A stretch of 64,000 nt of DNA from an uncultured Collinsella sp. (GCA_958403385.1 CATXXC010000003.1:51269-115268), one strand, 5' to 3'; counted from the first letter of the stretch, positions 8,506 through 17,170 are shown. Notes: generated by a model from the sequence alone, not told the origin. Translations and numbers: made by a program.

Positions 8506-9227
8506 CAGTGCCTCCCGCCCTCAAAGCGCGCCGCAAAGTAGGCATCTTGGAACCCCTGCTTGCAACTGCGTGCCAACGGGATACAGGCGCCCGATCTCAT
8601 GAAGATCTCCGTGCGATCGAAGTGGTCGATGTTGCGCAAGTTGACCTGGTAGCTACGGTGGCATTTAAAGAAGGTGGCATTTTGCGCCAAACGGTCCTCG
8701 ACGCTGCGGAACGACTCGAGTGCCTCGATATCGCGTCCGTCGCGCAGGTGGAAGACCACGTGCTTGTTGCGCGCCTCGGCATATTCGATGTCGGACAGGC
8801 GCAGGGCGTGGTAGCCAAAGGACGTTTTGATCACGAGCTCGTCGGTTGCCGCCGGGCGCATGCTCGAAAGCTCGTCGAGTAACTGTGCCAGGCGTTCGTA
8901 AGTCACGGGCTTGAGCAGATAGTCGAAGGCGCGGACCTCGTAGGACTCCAGTGCAAACTCGGGCGATGAGGTGAGAAACACCAGACGCACAGCGGTATCG
9001 GCCCGGCGCAATTCGCGCGCGGTGTCCATGCCGTTGACGAGCGGCATGATCATGTCGAGCAGGATGATGTCGGCGCGCGATGCGGCATGGCGGGCCAGCA
9101 GGTCCTCGCCACGCGTGACGAGCGCAACATCGACCGCCGTGCCCGTCTCGGTCGACCAACGGTCGATTATCCGGTGCAGTCTATCTAGAAAAGCGACGTC
9201 GTCGTCGCAGGCAATAATCTTGAGCAT
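8505..9227 (-). CDS. Response regulator with LytTR DNA-binding domain (AgrA/LytR family)
   Basis: Receiver domain (MLKIIACDDD.., DIILLDMIMPLVNGMD) plus a LytTR domain (..FFKCHRSYQVNLRNIDHF..). Start at ATG 9227 with AAGGGGG upstream. Confidence 0.88.
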   Translation of the reverse strand: MLKIIACDDDVAFLDRLHRIIDRWSTETGTAVDVALVTRGEDLLARHAASRADIILLDMIMPLVNGMDTARELRRADTAVRLVFLTSSPEFALESYEVRAFDYLLKPVTYERLAQLLDELSSMRPAATDELVIKTSFGYHALRLSDIEYAEARNKHVVFHLRDGRDIEALESFRSVEDRLAQNATFFKCHRSYQVNLRNIDHFDRTEIFMRSGACIPLARSCKQGFQDAYFAARFEGGRH

Positions 9228-9434
9228 TCTGAGCCCCCTTAGTAGTTCGATTTTGCCACATTGGGCGCGGACCACTCGCGGGGGAGCGCCCGTTCGTGCC
9301 TCATGGTGCGCAACTCGCGCCGAGCGGTATTGCGGTGGCGAAAGATGCCTCCTGCGCTATCGAGAGCTCGGCTATCCTCAGCTTGCCAGTTCGAAAATGG
9401 ACCTGCCGCATGATTGAATCTTTATTTCAACTTT

Positions 9435-9478
9435 ACACCTAGGTTTACAGCTGTCTTGTCAGCTGTAAACCTAGGTGT
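9435..9478. promoter_or_regulatory. Perfect 19-bp inverted repeat (6-nt spacer) upstream of nadA; candidate NiaR operator
   Basis: acacctaggtttacagctg-tcttgt-cagctgtaaacctaggtgt. It lies in the divergent promoter region about 40 nt before nadA, so it cannot terminate either flanking gene. niaR is the last gene of the operon. Confidence 0.6.
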
Positions 9479-9519
9479 CATACTAAAGCCCCAAGATTCG
9501 CCAAAAGAGAGGGGCCTTG

Positions 9520-10545
9520 ATGGCACAGAGCGCGAACATGGATGCGTCGGAGCTTGCACGCGATATCGCGGCCGGCCTGGCATCGGCAGCGACGGCAACG
9601 GAGCGCGCGGCACTGGTGCCCGCAGAGCTCGTCGAGGCCATTCAGCAACTAAAAACCCAACGTGACGCGGTGATTCTGGCTCACTATTACGTGGCGCCCG
9701 AGGTCCAGGCCGTTGCCGATTACGTCGGCGACAGCTTCTACCTGGCAAAGCTCGCCAAGAGCCTGCCGCAGCAGACCATCGTGCTGTGCGGCGTGGAGTT
9801 TATGGGCGAGAGCGCCAAGCTACTCAATCCCACCAAGACCGTGCTGCTGCCCGAGCCGGGTGCGGACTGCCCCATGGCGCACATGGTCAAACGCGAGACA
9901 GTCGACGCGGCCCGCGCCGAGTACGGCGACGACCTGGCCGTGGTCTGCTACGTCAACTCGACGGTCGAGATTAAGAGCTGGAGTGACGTGTGCGTCACCA
10001 GCTCCAACGCCGTCAAGATCGTGTCCGAGCTGCCGCAGCAGCACATTCTGTTTATTCCCGACCAGAACCTGGGCCGCTTTGTGGCCGAGCAAGTGCCGCA
10101 GAAGCACGTCATTCTCAACAAGGGCTACTGCCCGCGTCACCACATCATCACCGTCGAGCAAATCGTCGACGCGACGGAGGCCCATCCCGACGCGCTCGTG
10201 CTGGCGCACCCCGAGTGCAAGGCCGATGTCCTTGCCGAGGCCGACTACATCGGCTCCACCGCCGGCATCATCAAGTATGCCGAGGAGTCGGACGCGAGCG
10301 AGTTCATCATCGTGACGGTCCGCGGCGTGCTCTACGAGCTCGAGCGCCGCTGCCAGGGCACCGGCAAGAAGTTCTACTTCCCCGCGGTGCAGCCCACCTG
10401 CGTCAACATGGATCTCATCACGCTCGAAAAGCTTGTGCACTGTCTGGAGACGGGCGAGGGCGAGGTGCAGATCGGCGTCTCGGACGAGGCTGCCGACCAG
10501 GCCAAACTCACGCTCGACCGCATGCTCGAGTACGCGGCGCGCTAG
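9520..10545 (+). CDS. nadA: Quinolinate synthase
   Basis: NadA-type translation (..VILAHYYVAPEVQAVADYVGDSFYLAK.., CPMAHM, VCYVNST, AHPEC, TAGIIKYA). ATG 9520 follows GAGAGGGG. Confidence 0.93.
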   Translation: MAQSANMDASELARDIAAGLASAATATERAALVPAELVEAIQQLKTQRDAVILAHYYVAPEVQAVADYVGDSFYLAKLAKSLPQQTIVLCGVEFMGESAKLLNPTKTVLLPEPGADCPMAHMVKRETVDAARAEYGDDLAVVCYVNSTVEIKSWSDVCVTSSNAVKIVSELPQQHILFIPDQNLGRFVAEQVPQKHVILNKGYCPRHHIITVEQIVDATEAHPDALVLAHPECKADVLAEADYIGSTAGIIKYAEESDASEFIIVTVRGVLYELERRCQGTGKKFYFPAVQPTCVNMDLITLEKLVHCLETGEGEVQIGVSDEAADQAKLTLDRMLEYAAR

Positions 10546-10601
10546 AACAATGCGGCATGAGGGACTGTCCCGCATGCCACATTACAAGGGAGAGGATTCC
10601 T

Positions 10602-11978
10602 GTGGAAACCAAGCAATACCCCAACATGGAGTGCGACGTCGTCATTGCCGGCTGCGGCGTGGCGGGCCTGTATGCGGCCCTCAATCTGCCGACGAGCACG
10701 CGTGTGATCATGCTCTCCAAGGGCGCGGTCGACGAGTGCGATTCCATGCTCGCGCAGGGCGGCATTTGCGTGCTGCCCGAGGGCGCGGATTACGATGCCT
10801 TCTTTGAGGACACCATGCACGCCGGCCACTACGAGAACCGCCGCGAGAGCGTCGACATCATGATCCGCTCGAGCCGCTCGGTCATTAACGACCTGCTGGC
10901 CATGGGCGTGGACTTTGAGCGCAAGGCCGATGGCAGCCTCGACTTCACTCGCGAGGGCGCGCACAGCCGCCCGCGTATCGCCTTCCATGCCGACATTACG
11001 GGTAAGGAGATTACGACCAAGCTGCTCCAGGCCGTGCGCAAGCTGGACAACGTGCAGATTCTTGAGCACGTGGCCATGACCGACATTCTGACCGGCGAGT
11101 GCGACGGCGCCACGGTGTGCACCGGCGTCATCGCCGTTCCCGTGGACGAGGACGATTCGGCTCGTCCAGCCGACGAGCTGGTAAATGCCGCCGAGGGCGT
11201 GCATGCCGGCAAGCCGTTTGAGATTCACGCCTGCCATACGCTGTGGGCGACGGGCGGCATCGGTGGCGTATACGACCACTCGACCAACTACCCGCAGCTC
11301 ACGGGCGACGCCTGCTACATCGCCCAGGAGCACGGCATTACGATGGAGCACCTGGACTACGTGCAGATTCACCCCACGGGCCTGTTCTCGCCGCAGCCGG
11401 GCCGCACCTTCCTGATCAGCGAGAGCTGCCGCGGCGAAGGCGCGATTCTGCTCAATGCCGCCGGCGAGCGTTTTACCGACGAGCTGCAGCCGCGCGACGT
11501 GGTCGCCGCCGCCATCCGCGAGCAGATGAAGCAGGACGGCACCGAGCACGAGTGGCTGAGCTTTGCCCCGGTCGAGCGCGACGTGGTGACCGGGCACTTT
11601 GCCAACATCCGCGCGCGCTGTCTGGAGGACGGTCGCGACATCTTGGACGAGCCCATCCCCGTCACGCCCACGCAGCACTACTTTATGGGCGGCGTGTGGG
11701 TTGACAAGGACGGCCGCACCTCGATGCCCGAGCTCTACGCCGCCGGCGAGACGGCTTGCAACGGCGTGCACGGCAAGAACCGCCTGGCCTCCAACAGCCT
11801 GCTTGAGTCCCTCGTCTGGGGTCGTCGCGCCGCTTGGCGTATGCGCACCGGCGAGTCGCTTGCCGTGGAGCAGGCGGGCGAGCCCGCGCTCGACGGACGT
11901 CACCGCGCCCTGAGCGCCGACACCCTTGCAATCGATGATTTGGCCCGTGCCGCCGGCACGCAGGCCGCGGAGGAGTAG
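10602..11978 (+). CDS. nadB: L-aspartate oxidase
   Basis: FAD fold DVVIAGCGVAGLYAAL, plus ..GGICV.., HPTGL, NGVHGKNRLASNSLLE. Start set at GTG 10602 (GGGAGAGG upstream); the track ORF from 9990 overlaps nadA in another frame and is an artefactual extension. Confidence 0.92.
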   Translation: METKQYPNMECDVVIAGCGVAGLYAALNLPTSTRVIMLSKGAVDECDSMLAQGGICVLPEGADYDAFFEDTMHAGHYENRRESVDIMIRSSRSVINDLLAMGVDFERKADGSLDFTREGAHSRPRIAFHADITGKEITTKLLQAVRKLDNVQILEHVAMTDILTGECDGATVCTGVIAVPVDEDDSARPADELVNAAEGVHAGKPFEIHACHTLWATGGIGGVYDHSTNYPQLTGDACYIAQEHGITMEHLDYVQIHPTGLFSPQPGRTFLISESCRGEGAILLNAAGERFTDELQPRDVVAAAIREQMKQDGTEHEWLSFAPVERDVVTGHFANIRARCLEDGRDILDEPIPVTPTQHYFMGGVWVDKDGRTSMPELYAAGETACNGVHGKNRLASNSLLESLVWGRRAAWRMRTGESLAVEQAGEPALDGRHRALSADTLAIDDLARAAGTQAAEE

Positions 11979-11981
11979 ACC

Positions 11982-12842
11982 ATGAATCCCATTACCATGA
12001 AGCTCGTCGTCGATGATCTGATTTTGCAGGCCCTGCGCGAGGACATCACCTTTGAGGACGTGAGCACGGCGAGCGTGTGCCCCACGGCGCGCCCCGCCAC
12101 CGTTGAGCTCATCGCCAAGGCAGATGGCATCATCGCCGGCCTGGACGTGTTCGCCCGCACCTTTGAGCTGCTGGATCTGCAAAGCTCCGTGCTGTTTGAT
12201 GTCGCGGATGGCGACGAGGTGCACGCCGGCGACCATGTGGGCCAGGTGCGCGGCGACGCGCGCGTGCTGCTTTCGGGCGAGCGCGTGGCACTCAACTACC
12301 TGCAGCGCATGAGCGGCATCGCCACCTATACGCACCAGATGGCCGCGGCGCTCGAGGGCACCAAGACCGTGCTCGTCGACACGCGCAAGACCACGCCGGG
12401 CATGCGCGTCTTCGAGAAGGCGGCAGTCGAGATCGGCGGCGGCAGCAACCACCGCTACAACCTGTCGACGGCCGTCATGCTCAAGGACAACCACATCGAC
12501 GCCGCCGGTGGCGTGGCGCGTGCGATCGAGATGGCGCGCGCCCATGCGTCGTTTACCACGACGGTCGAGATTGAGTGCGAGAATCTGGATATGGTGCGCG
12601 AGGCCGTTGAGGCCGGTGCCGACATCATCATGCTCGACAACATGACGCACGACGACATGGCCGCCGCCATCGAGCTTATCGACGGCCGCGCCAAGACCGA
12701 GTGCTCGGGCAACGTGGATGCCGGCAATATTCGCGCCTTGGCCGACCTGGGCGTCGACTTTATTAGCTCGGGCGCCCTGACGCACTCCGCGCCGATCCTC
12801 GACTTCTCACTTAAGCACCTGCGTCTGCTGGACGGTAAATAA
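11982..12842 (+). CDS. nadC: Nicotinate-nucleotide pyrophosphorylase (quinolinate phosphoribosyltransferase)
   Basis: NadC-type sequence (..LSGERVALNYLQRMSGIAT.., DTRKTTPGMR, LKDNHI, IEIECENL, IMLDNM, SGALTHSA). Confidence 0.93.
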   Translation: MNPITMKLVVDDLILQALREDITFEDVSTASVCPTARPATVELIAKADGIIAGLDVFARTFELLDLQSSVLFDVADGDEVHAGDHVGQVRGDARVLLSGERVALNYLQRMSGIATYTHQMAAALEGTKTVLVDTRKTTPGMRVFEKAAVEIGGGSNHRYNLSTAVMLKDNHIDAAGGVARAIEMARAHASFTTTVEIECENLDMVREAVEAGADIIMLDNMTHDDMAAAIELIDGRAKTECSGNVDAGNIRALADLGVDFISSGALTHSAPILDFSLKHLRLLDGK

Positions 12843-13387
12843 TGAATGCTCGCGAGCGTCGCCGTGCCATCATGGCCGTGCTCGAGGGGGCCAAAGATCC
12901 CGTTTCGGGCAGCGCGCTTGCCCGCGAGGTGGGCGTGAGCCGTCAGGTCGTGGTGCAGGACATCGCCCTGCTGCGCGCCGACGGGCACGATATCGTCGCC
13001 ACCAACCGCGGCTACGTGCTGCAAGAAGCCGCGAGCAGTCCGGCTGTGCCCACGCGCCTGGTCAAGGTGCGCCACAGCGTGGAACAGGCGGGCGATGAGC
13101 TCACGAGCATCGTCGATGCGGGCGGCGCCGTGCTCAACGTGATCGTCAACCATCGCGTGTACGGCAAGATCACGGCCGACCTGGACATTCGCAACCGCCG
13201 CGATATCGAGCGCTACCTGCACGACATCGCCAGCGGCAAGAGCTTTCCGCTGCTGACGGTTACGAGCGGCTATCACTTCCACCGCATCGCGGCAGAAGAC
13301 GAACAAACCCTCGACGAGATCGAGGCCATGCTCAAGGAAAAGGGCTACTTGGCAGATCTGATGCCCTATGAGGACAACCTCGGCTAG
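12842..13387 (+). CDS. niaR: Niacin-responsive repressor NiaR (YrxA family: HTH + 3H domain)
   Basis: N-terminal HTH (RRRAIMAVLEGAKDPVSGSALAREVGVSRQVVVQDIALLR) and 3H-domain histidines (NHRVYG.., GYHFHRI). The start overlaps the nadC stop (TAATG). Confidence 0.85.
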   Translation: MNARERRRAIMAVLEGAKDPVSGSALAREVGVSRQVVVQDIALLRADGHDIVATNRGYVLQEAASSPAVPTRLVKVRHSVEQAGDELTSIVDAGGAVLNVIVNHRVYGKITADLDIRNRRDIERYLHDIASGKSFPLLTVTSGYHFHRIAAEDEQTLDEIEAMLKEKGYLADLMPYEDNLG

Positions 13388-13417
13388 ACCACCAATTTGG
13401 GGACAGGTTTCAAATTG
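13387..13417 (+). repeat. Left copy of a perfect 31-bp inverted repeat (GGACAGG hairpin family)
   Basis: gaccaccaatttggggacaggtttcaaattg begins at the last base of the niaR stop codon. Its exact reverse complement lies at 16612-16642. It contains its own 7-bp stem (caatttg/caaattg). Confidence 0.95.
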
Positions 13418-13518
13418 AGGGTTGCAAAAACGAGGGCTATCGCGCCGATGCGATTGCCCTCGTTTTATTAAATATGAAATGCTAAATCCGCAAGTAAAAA
13501 CGTGTTTAAGATGCGGTG

Positions 13519-14664
13519 CTACTGGTGGTCTCCGGAATATCGGACGTAGGCATCCGACATGCCTTGATTTTTTAAGGCAGAAACCGCTTGTTCCGCCTCA
13601 GTTCGACTTGAAAACCTGCCAGCGGAAACCGAATACCACGTCTCCTTGTTAAGGTTTGTCCAGTCTGTTGTGCACACGACAATTGCGTCTGGGAACCCGC
13701 TGTTTCTAAGATCATCTGCCTTTTTCTTCGATGTTGTATAGTCCTTACTGGCCATGACGAATGCGCCCCAAAATGGGCTTATTTCTGAAAGAGAAGACGT
13801 CGATGACTCATTCTGCTCGACGGCTTTCTTTGCATTTTCAGCCTCTTGCTCAGCGCGCTTTTGAGCGGCAGAAGCATCCTCGGCTTGTTTGGCGGAAACT
13901 GCTGCATCACGAGCTCCCCTTGCGGCTGCAGCTAGAGCTTTCGCTGAGCTCTTCGAATCGCAACCTCCCCGCTCGGCTAACTTTTCTGCCGCATTGATTT
14001 GCTCGTCGGTAACATCGGCTGGATCGATCTTGTCACCCAATGTCAGCTTTGCCATCTCGCGGAAATCAGCCTTTTCGCCATCTTTGAGAGCACGCTTCAC
14101 TTTAAATTTTACGCTCGAATCGGAAACGTTCCAGAGCGAGCCGTCCGCTCCAATCGGAGTACCCTCTATTGCGAGCCCATATGTTCCCGGAATGAGTTCA
14201 AGACCTTTTCCATCGGAATCGACAAATGCCGTTTCGTCGATTTTGCTTCCGTTGACATCGGTTCCTTTCACGCGGATCGGTAGCTTGGAAGCTCCTTCTG
14301 ATGTATTCCATCCATCTCCGGAAACACTGATAAGAACAGAATGCTTCGAGTATTCAGCTGCAGTGGTCTTCTGCTTCTTTGTCGTCTGTTTCGATTGCGG
14401 CATGTACACGCCAAAGTAATAGCTGGCACCTCCGCATGCGACTAACGCCGCAATCATCGCTGCTACAATGATTCGCGTACGCTTTTTGGGTTGTCTGCTC
14501 CGCCTGGTTGTAGAGACATTGCGCAGCCGATTGCCAAGCGCAGGCTGAGTTGGCTCAAGAGGTTGACTAGATAAATCAACCTGGGCTGAATCCAGTGGTG
14601 CCCCGCATTGAACGCAGAATTGCATTCCGTCTTCGTTTTTCGTGCCGCATTCTGTGCAGTACAT
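13519..14664 (-). CDS. Zinc-ribbon / single-TM / SPOR-domain envelope protein
   Basis: N-terminal double CxxC zinc ribbon (MYCTECG..CVQCG), TM helix (IIVAAMIAALVACGGASYYFGVY), a central domain paralogous to the 30485-31987 protein, a coiled/charged linker, and a C-terminal SPOR-like segment (FWGAFVMASKDY..WYSVSAGRFSSRTEAEQAVSALK). Confidence 0.8.
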   Translation of the reverse strand: MYCTECGTKNEDGMQFCVQCGAPLDSAQVDLSSQPLEPTQPALGNRLRNVSTTRRSRQPKKRTRIIVAAMIAALVACGGASYYFGVYMPQSKQTTKKQKTTAAEYSKHSVLISVSGDGWNTSEGASKLPIRVKGTDVNGSKIDETAFVDSDGKGLELIPGTYGLAIEGTPIGADGSLWNVSDSSVKFKVKRALKDGEKADFREMAKLTLGDKIDPADVTDEQINAAEKLAERGGCDSKSSAKALAAAARGARDAAVSAKQAEDASAAQKRAEQEAENAKKAVEQNESSTSSLSEISPFWGAFVMASKDYTTSKKKADDLRNSGFPDAIVVCTTDWTNLNKETWYSVSAGRFSSRTEAEQAVSALKNQGMSDAYVRYSGDHQ

Positions 14665-14697
14665 ATGAGTCTCCTCGGTTTGATTTACAGAGACCTT

Positions 14698-15627
14698 CTA
14701 TTCAAAACGATGGCCACATTTGCCACAGAATTTTGCAGACTCATCCTGCATGGCGCCACAATCGGGACACCATTTCTTTCCAGCTTCGTTGCCTGCCGTT
14801 TCGTTACTCGTTATCGGACTGCCGTCGCCTTGCTTCTGCGCAGTATCTTGGTAGGTATTGGACATACTTCCGACCACCTGCTCGGCAGCTTGCTTTATAT
14901 TTTTCAATTCAGAATCAGAAAAGAGGTCTTTCCCGTTGCGGCCCAATACCGCGCGAAGATGAAATACGACCATCATGGCCGTTCCCGCTACAAGCAATAC
15001 CGCACCGACGCCAACGCTGAAACCAAATCCTGCATCTCTGATAAGGCTGTTCAATATAACAACTAAAGAAATGCCGCCTGTTGCGACGCCAATCAAAGGA
15101 AGGCCACAGCAGCCCAAGACGGTTGCAATAATCCAAATAGGCTGAAACCACCAATAGCCCATGGCAACATAGCTGCCGCCCAAATAGGATGTGGAGGTCA
15201 GTTCTTTGGAAGAAAAACCGAGAAATGATGCGACGATGGCAATTAAGGTGGCTAGCACCATCATTTTCTGGTTAAACCCAAAGGAAAAAGAAAGGCCTAT
15301 TTTCTGCTGCTTCGTGTTAAATGCGGTCTGTTGCACTTGATTTCCGAGGTTCGAAATGACGGCCCTGGCGCTATCGACTGCTTCGTGTGCTGTCTGAATA
15401 TTGTCCGCTGCTTCGCTCCTATCCGCCGGATGAGATGTACGCTCGCTGCTTCTATTCGGTTCCGTTTGTTTTGCGGCCGCTCTTTTGCTTTCGTCGGTTT
15501 GCGCGTTCGCTCTCGTCTCTTTATATGAGCTATTAGGCTCACAAAGAGACGCTCCGCATTTCTCGCAATACACTGCTATTTCAGAATTCTTGTGGCCACA
15601 TTTCCAGCAGTACATTTTTGTCCCCAT
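14698..15627 (-). CDS. Polytopic membrane protein with zinc ribbons at both termini
   Basis: N-terminal YCWKCG..YCEKCG and C-terminal WCPDCG..FCGKCG zinc ribbons flank about 4 TM helices. Codon usage is AT-richer. Start at 15627 or 15615. Confidence 0.75.
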   Translation of the reverse strand: MGTKMYCWKCGHKNSEIAVYCEKCGASLCEPNSSYKETRANAQTDESKRAAAKQTEPNRSSERTSHPADRSEAADNIQTAHEAVDSARAVISNLGNQVQQTAFNTKQQKIGLSFSFGFNQKMMVLATLIAIVASFLGFSSKELTSTSYLGGSYVAMGYWWFQPIWIIATVLGCCGLPLIGVATGGISLVVILNSLIRDAGFGFSVGVGAVLLVAGTAMMVVFHLRAVLGRNGKDLFSDSELKNIKQAAEQVVGSMSNTYQDTAQKQGDGSPITSNETAGNEAGKKWCPDCGAMQDESAKFCGKCGHRFE

Positions 15628-15640
15628 TTCCTATCTAAAG

Positions 15641-16054
15641 CTAGAGCTCCTGCATGCTGCAGGGTTCATTTTTGTCATTGGAAAACGCCTCTCGATACTT
15701 CACGGAAGCCTTTGAGACCCTGGTTCTTTCGAACTCGACTACGTCATGCCGCCAGTCTTCGTTCTCGAAATAATGGTTTGCGTATGATTCGAAGAATCCT
15801 TCTCCGGGGATATGGTTCGAATCATTCTTTCTTCCTACCAGCGCGGGCAAGCTTGGCAGGCCTGCGCTTTCGCACCATTCCTGGACGGCATCTAAAAGAA
15901 AAGCAACCTCTCTGCTATGAGGATTTCCCATATCCATCCTCTGAGCGAACTCCGAGTAACTAATCGGGTCCTGTCCCTCATGAGACGCTTGCCATATCAC
16001 CATGGCGGCCTTTTGGATCTTAGTTTCGGCGAATCGATGGTTTTGCTTATCCAT
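15641..16054 (-). CDS. Small cytoplasmic protein, possible winged-helix fold, unknown function
   Basis: 137-aa ORF, first gene of a three-gene minus-strand operon (13-nt and 33-nt gaps). The segment ISYSEFAQRMDMGNPHSREVAFLLDAVQEWCESAGLPSLPALVGRKNDSNHIPGEGFF resembles MGMT/ATL-type wHTH modules by eye only. Confidence 0.6.
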   Translation of the reverse strand: MDKQNHRFAETKIQKAAMVIWQASHEGQDPISYSEFAQRMDMGNPHSREVAFLLDAVQEWCESAGLPSLPALVGRKNDSNHIPGEGFFESYANHYFENEDWRHDVVEFERTRVSKASVKYREAFSNDKNEPCSMQEL

Positions 16055-16077
16055 AGAACCACTCCTTTGCTAACGCC

Positions 16078-16170
16078 TTGTTTGCATATTAAGCTGGGAA
16101 AAGTCGGTTTGCAAACTCTCTGTTTGTTGTTCAACAAATCCGTATGTCATAGCGTTGATTTATGCAAACA
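16078..16170. promoter_or_regulatory. Divergent promoter region with three TGTTTGCA-type half-site motifs (candidate XRE operators)
   Basis: ttgtttgcata (16078-16088), the perfect palindrome gtttgcaaac (16107-16116), and tatgcaaaca (16161-16170, overlapping the XRE ATG). The outer two are reverse complements. Confidence 0.5.
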
Positions 16171-16389
16171 GAGGGTTTTCAAAACTTCAACAAGCAGCTG
16201 GGCCACCATCTGCAACTTCTTCGAAAGAGCCAAGGGTTGTCCCAAGAGGCTGTCGGAGAAGCGCTCGGCATGGACCGGGTTTCGATTGGATATATCGAGC
16301 AAGGAAAGCGAGCTCCTCGGCTTCAGACCCTCTACGCGTTGGCACTTCTCTACAGAGTTCCCGTTGCAAAGCTGTTTGATTTTGAATAG
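16162..16389 (+). CDS. XRE/Cro-CI family helix-turn-helix regulator
   Basis: 75 aa with HTH_3 signature LLRKSQGLSQEAVGEALGMDRVSIGYIEQGKRAPRLQTLYALALLY. Confidence 0.85.
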   Translation: MQTEGFQNFNKQLGHHLQLLRKSQGLSQEAVGEALGMDRVSIGYIEQGKRAPRLQTLYALALLYRVPVAKLFDFE

Positions 16390-16611
16390 GGCGCTCGGTG
16401 TTGTAAACGAAATGCTTTTCTATCGCTACGTCTAACTTTAAATAGCTGCTTCCTATTAGTAAAAAGATGCAGAACATTTTTGCCAGCGTCTGTTCAGTCT
16501 GACTTCTTCGGCTGTCGTTGGTTTGTCTCGGCTGCTGCAGATTTAGTTGTTAATGCGGGTGATTTTGTCCACATTCCCATTTTGGGCGAACTCGTGGCGG
16601 GACAAAACCGC

Positions 16612-16642
16612 CAATTTGAAACCTGTCCCCAAATTGGTGGTC
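16612..16642 (-). repeat. Right copy of the perfect 31-bp inverted repeat
   Basis: caatttgaaacctgtccccaaattggtggtc is the exact reverse complement of 13387-13417. Confidence 0.95.
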
Positions 16643-16684
16643 AACCTGCGGCGTTGCTATAGTGGCTGCCCGCGCTGCGTAAGC

Positions 16685-16724
16685 AAAAGGAGGCCTCCGC
16701 GGCGATGCGGAGGCCTCCTTTTTT
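16685..16724. terminator. Bidirectional intrinsic terminator
   Basis: 12-bp GC-rich stem ggaggcctccgc/gcggaggcctcc with loop ggcgat, flanked by an A-run upstream and a T-run downstream. Lies downstream of the ferredoxin gene. Confidence 0.8.
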
Positions 16725-16763
16725 GTGCACGGTGTACTTGTGAGTGTGCAAGTGGGGGAGTTG

Positions 16764-16949
16764 TTACTCCTCGACGATCTCGGTGATCGCGCCGGCGGGG
16801 CAAGCGTCCTGGCAAGCGCCACAGGCGACGCAGGAATCCTCGTCAGCGACGGTAGCGACGTCCTGGAGCTCCAGAACGCCAGCGGGGCAGGAGTCGACGC
16901 AAACGCCACAAGCGATGCACTCGTCGGCATCAATTACGGGATGAGCCAT
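16764..16949 (-). CDS. fdx: 2x[4Fe-4S] ferredoxin
   Basis: MAHPVIDADECIACGVCVDSCP....CVACGACQDACP. Start moved to ATG 16949 (AGAGGAAAC upstream). Confidence 0.9.
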   Translation of the reverse strand: MAHPVIDADECIACGVCVDSCPAGVLELQDVATVADEDSCVACGACQDACPAGAITEIVEE

Positions 16950-17170
16950 GGTAGTTTCCTCTCTGTTGACCGACGCTACAGGCGATGCGCGTCGGTTTGA
17001 TTCGGGCAAAAACATACCACGGGAGCGACCGTTTGCAATACCCTCTGACCGGCATCTTCATACCGTTCGCCGAGTATGCCAAGGTTTACTAAAAAATGCG
17101 CAGGTGGGGCCGTTGAGCTGCGCAAATGTTAGCTAAAGGTGACTTGAAATATTGAGCTATTGAGCGCGCC

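Noticed and set aside
9990-10601. N-terminal 204 codons of the track ORF 9990-11978 (would give a 662-aa NadB)
   Set aside because: This part overlaps nadA in another frame and is Arg/Pro-rich. The FAD-binding fold begins right after GTG 10602, which has a proper RBS.
10542-12785. 747-aa minus-strand ORF spanning nadB and nadC
   Set aside because: It is antisense to two genes with clear enzyme motifs. The translation is Ala/Gly/Arg/Val-rich with no recognisable domain, as expected for stop-free antisense frames in high-G+C DNA.
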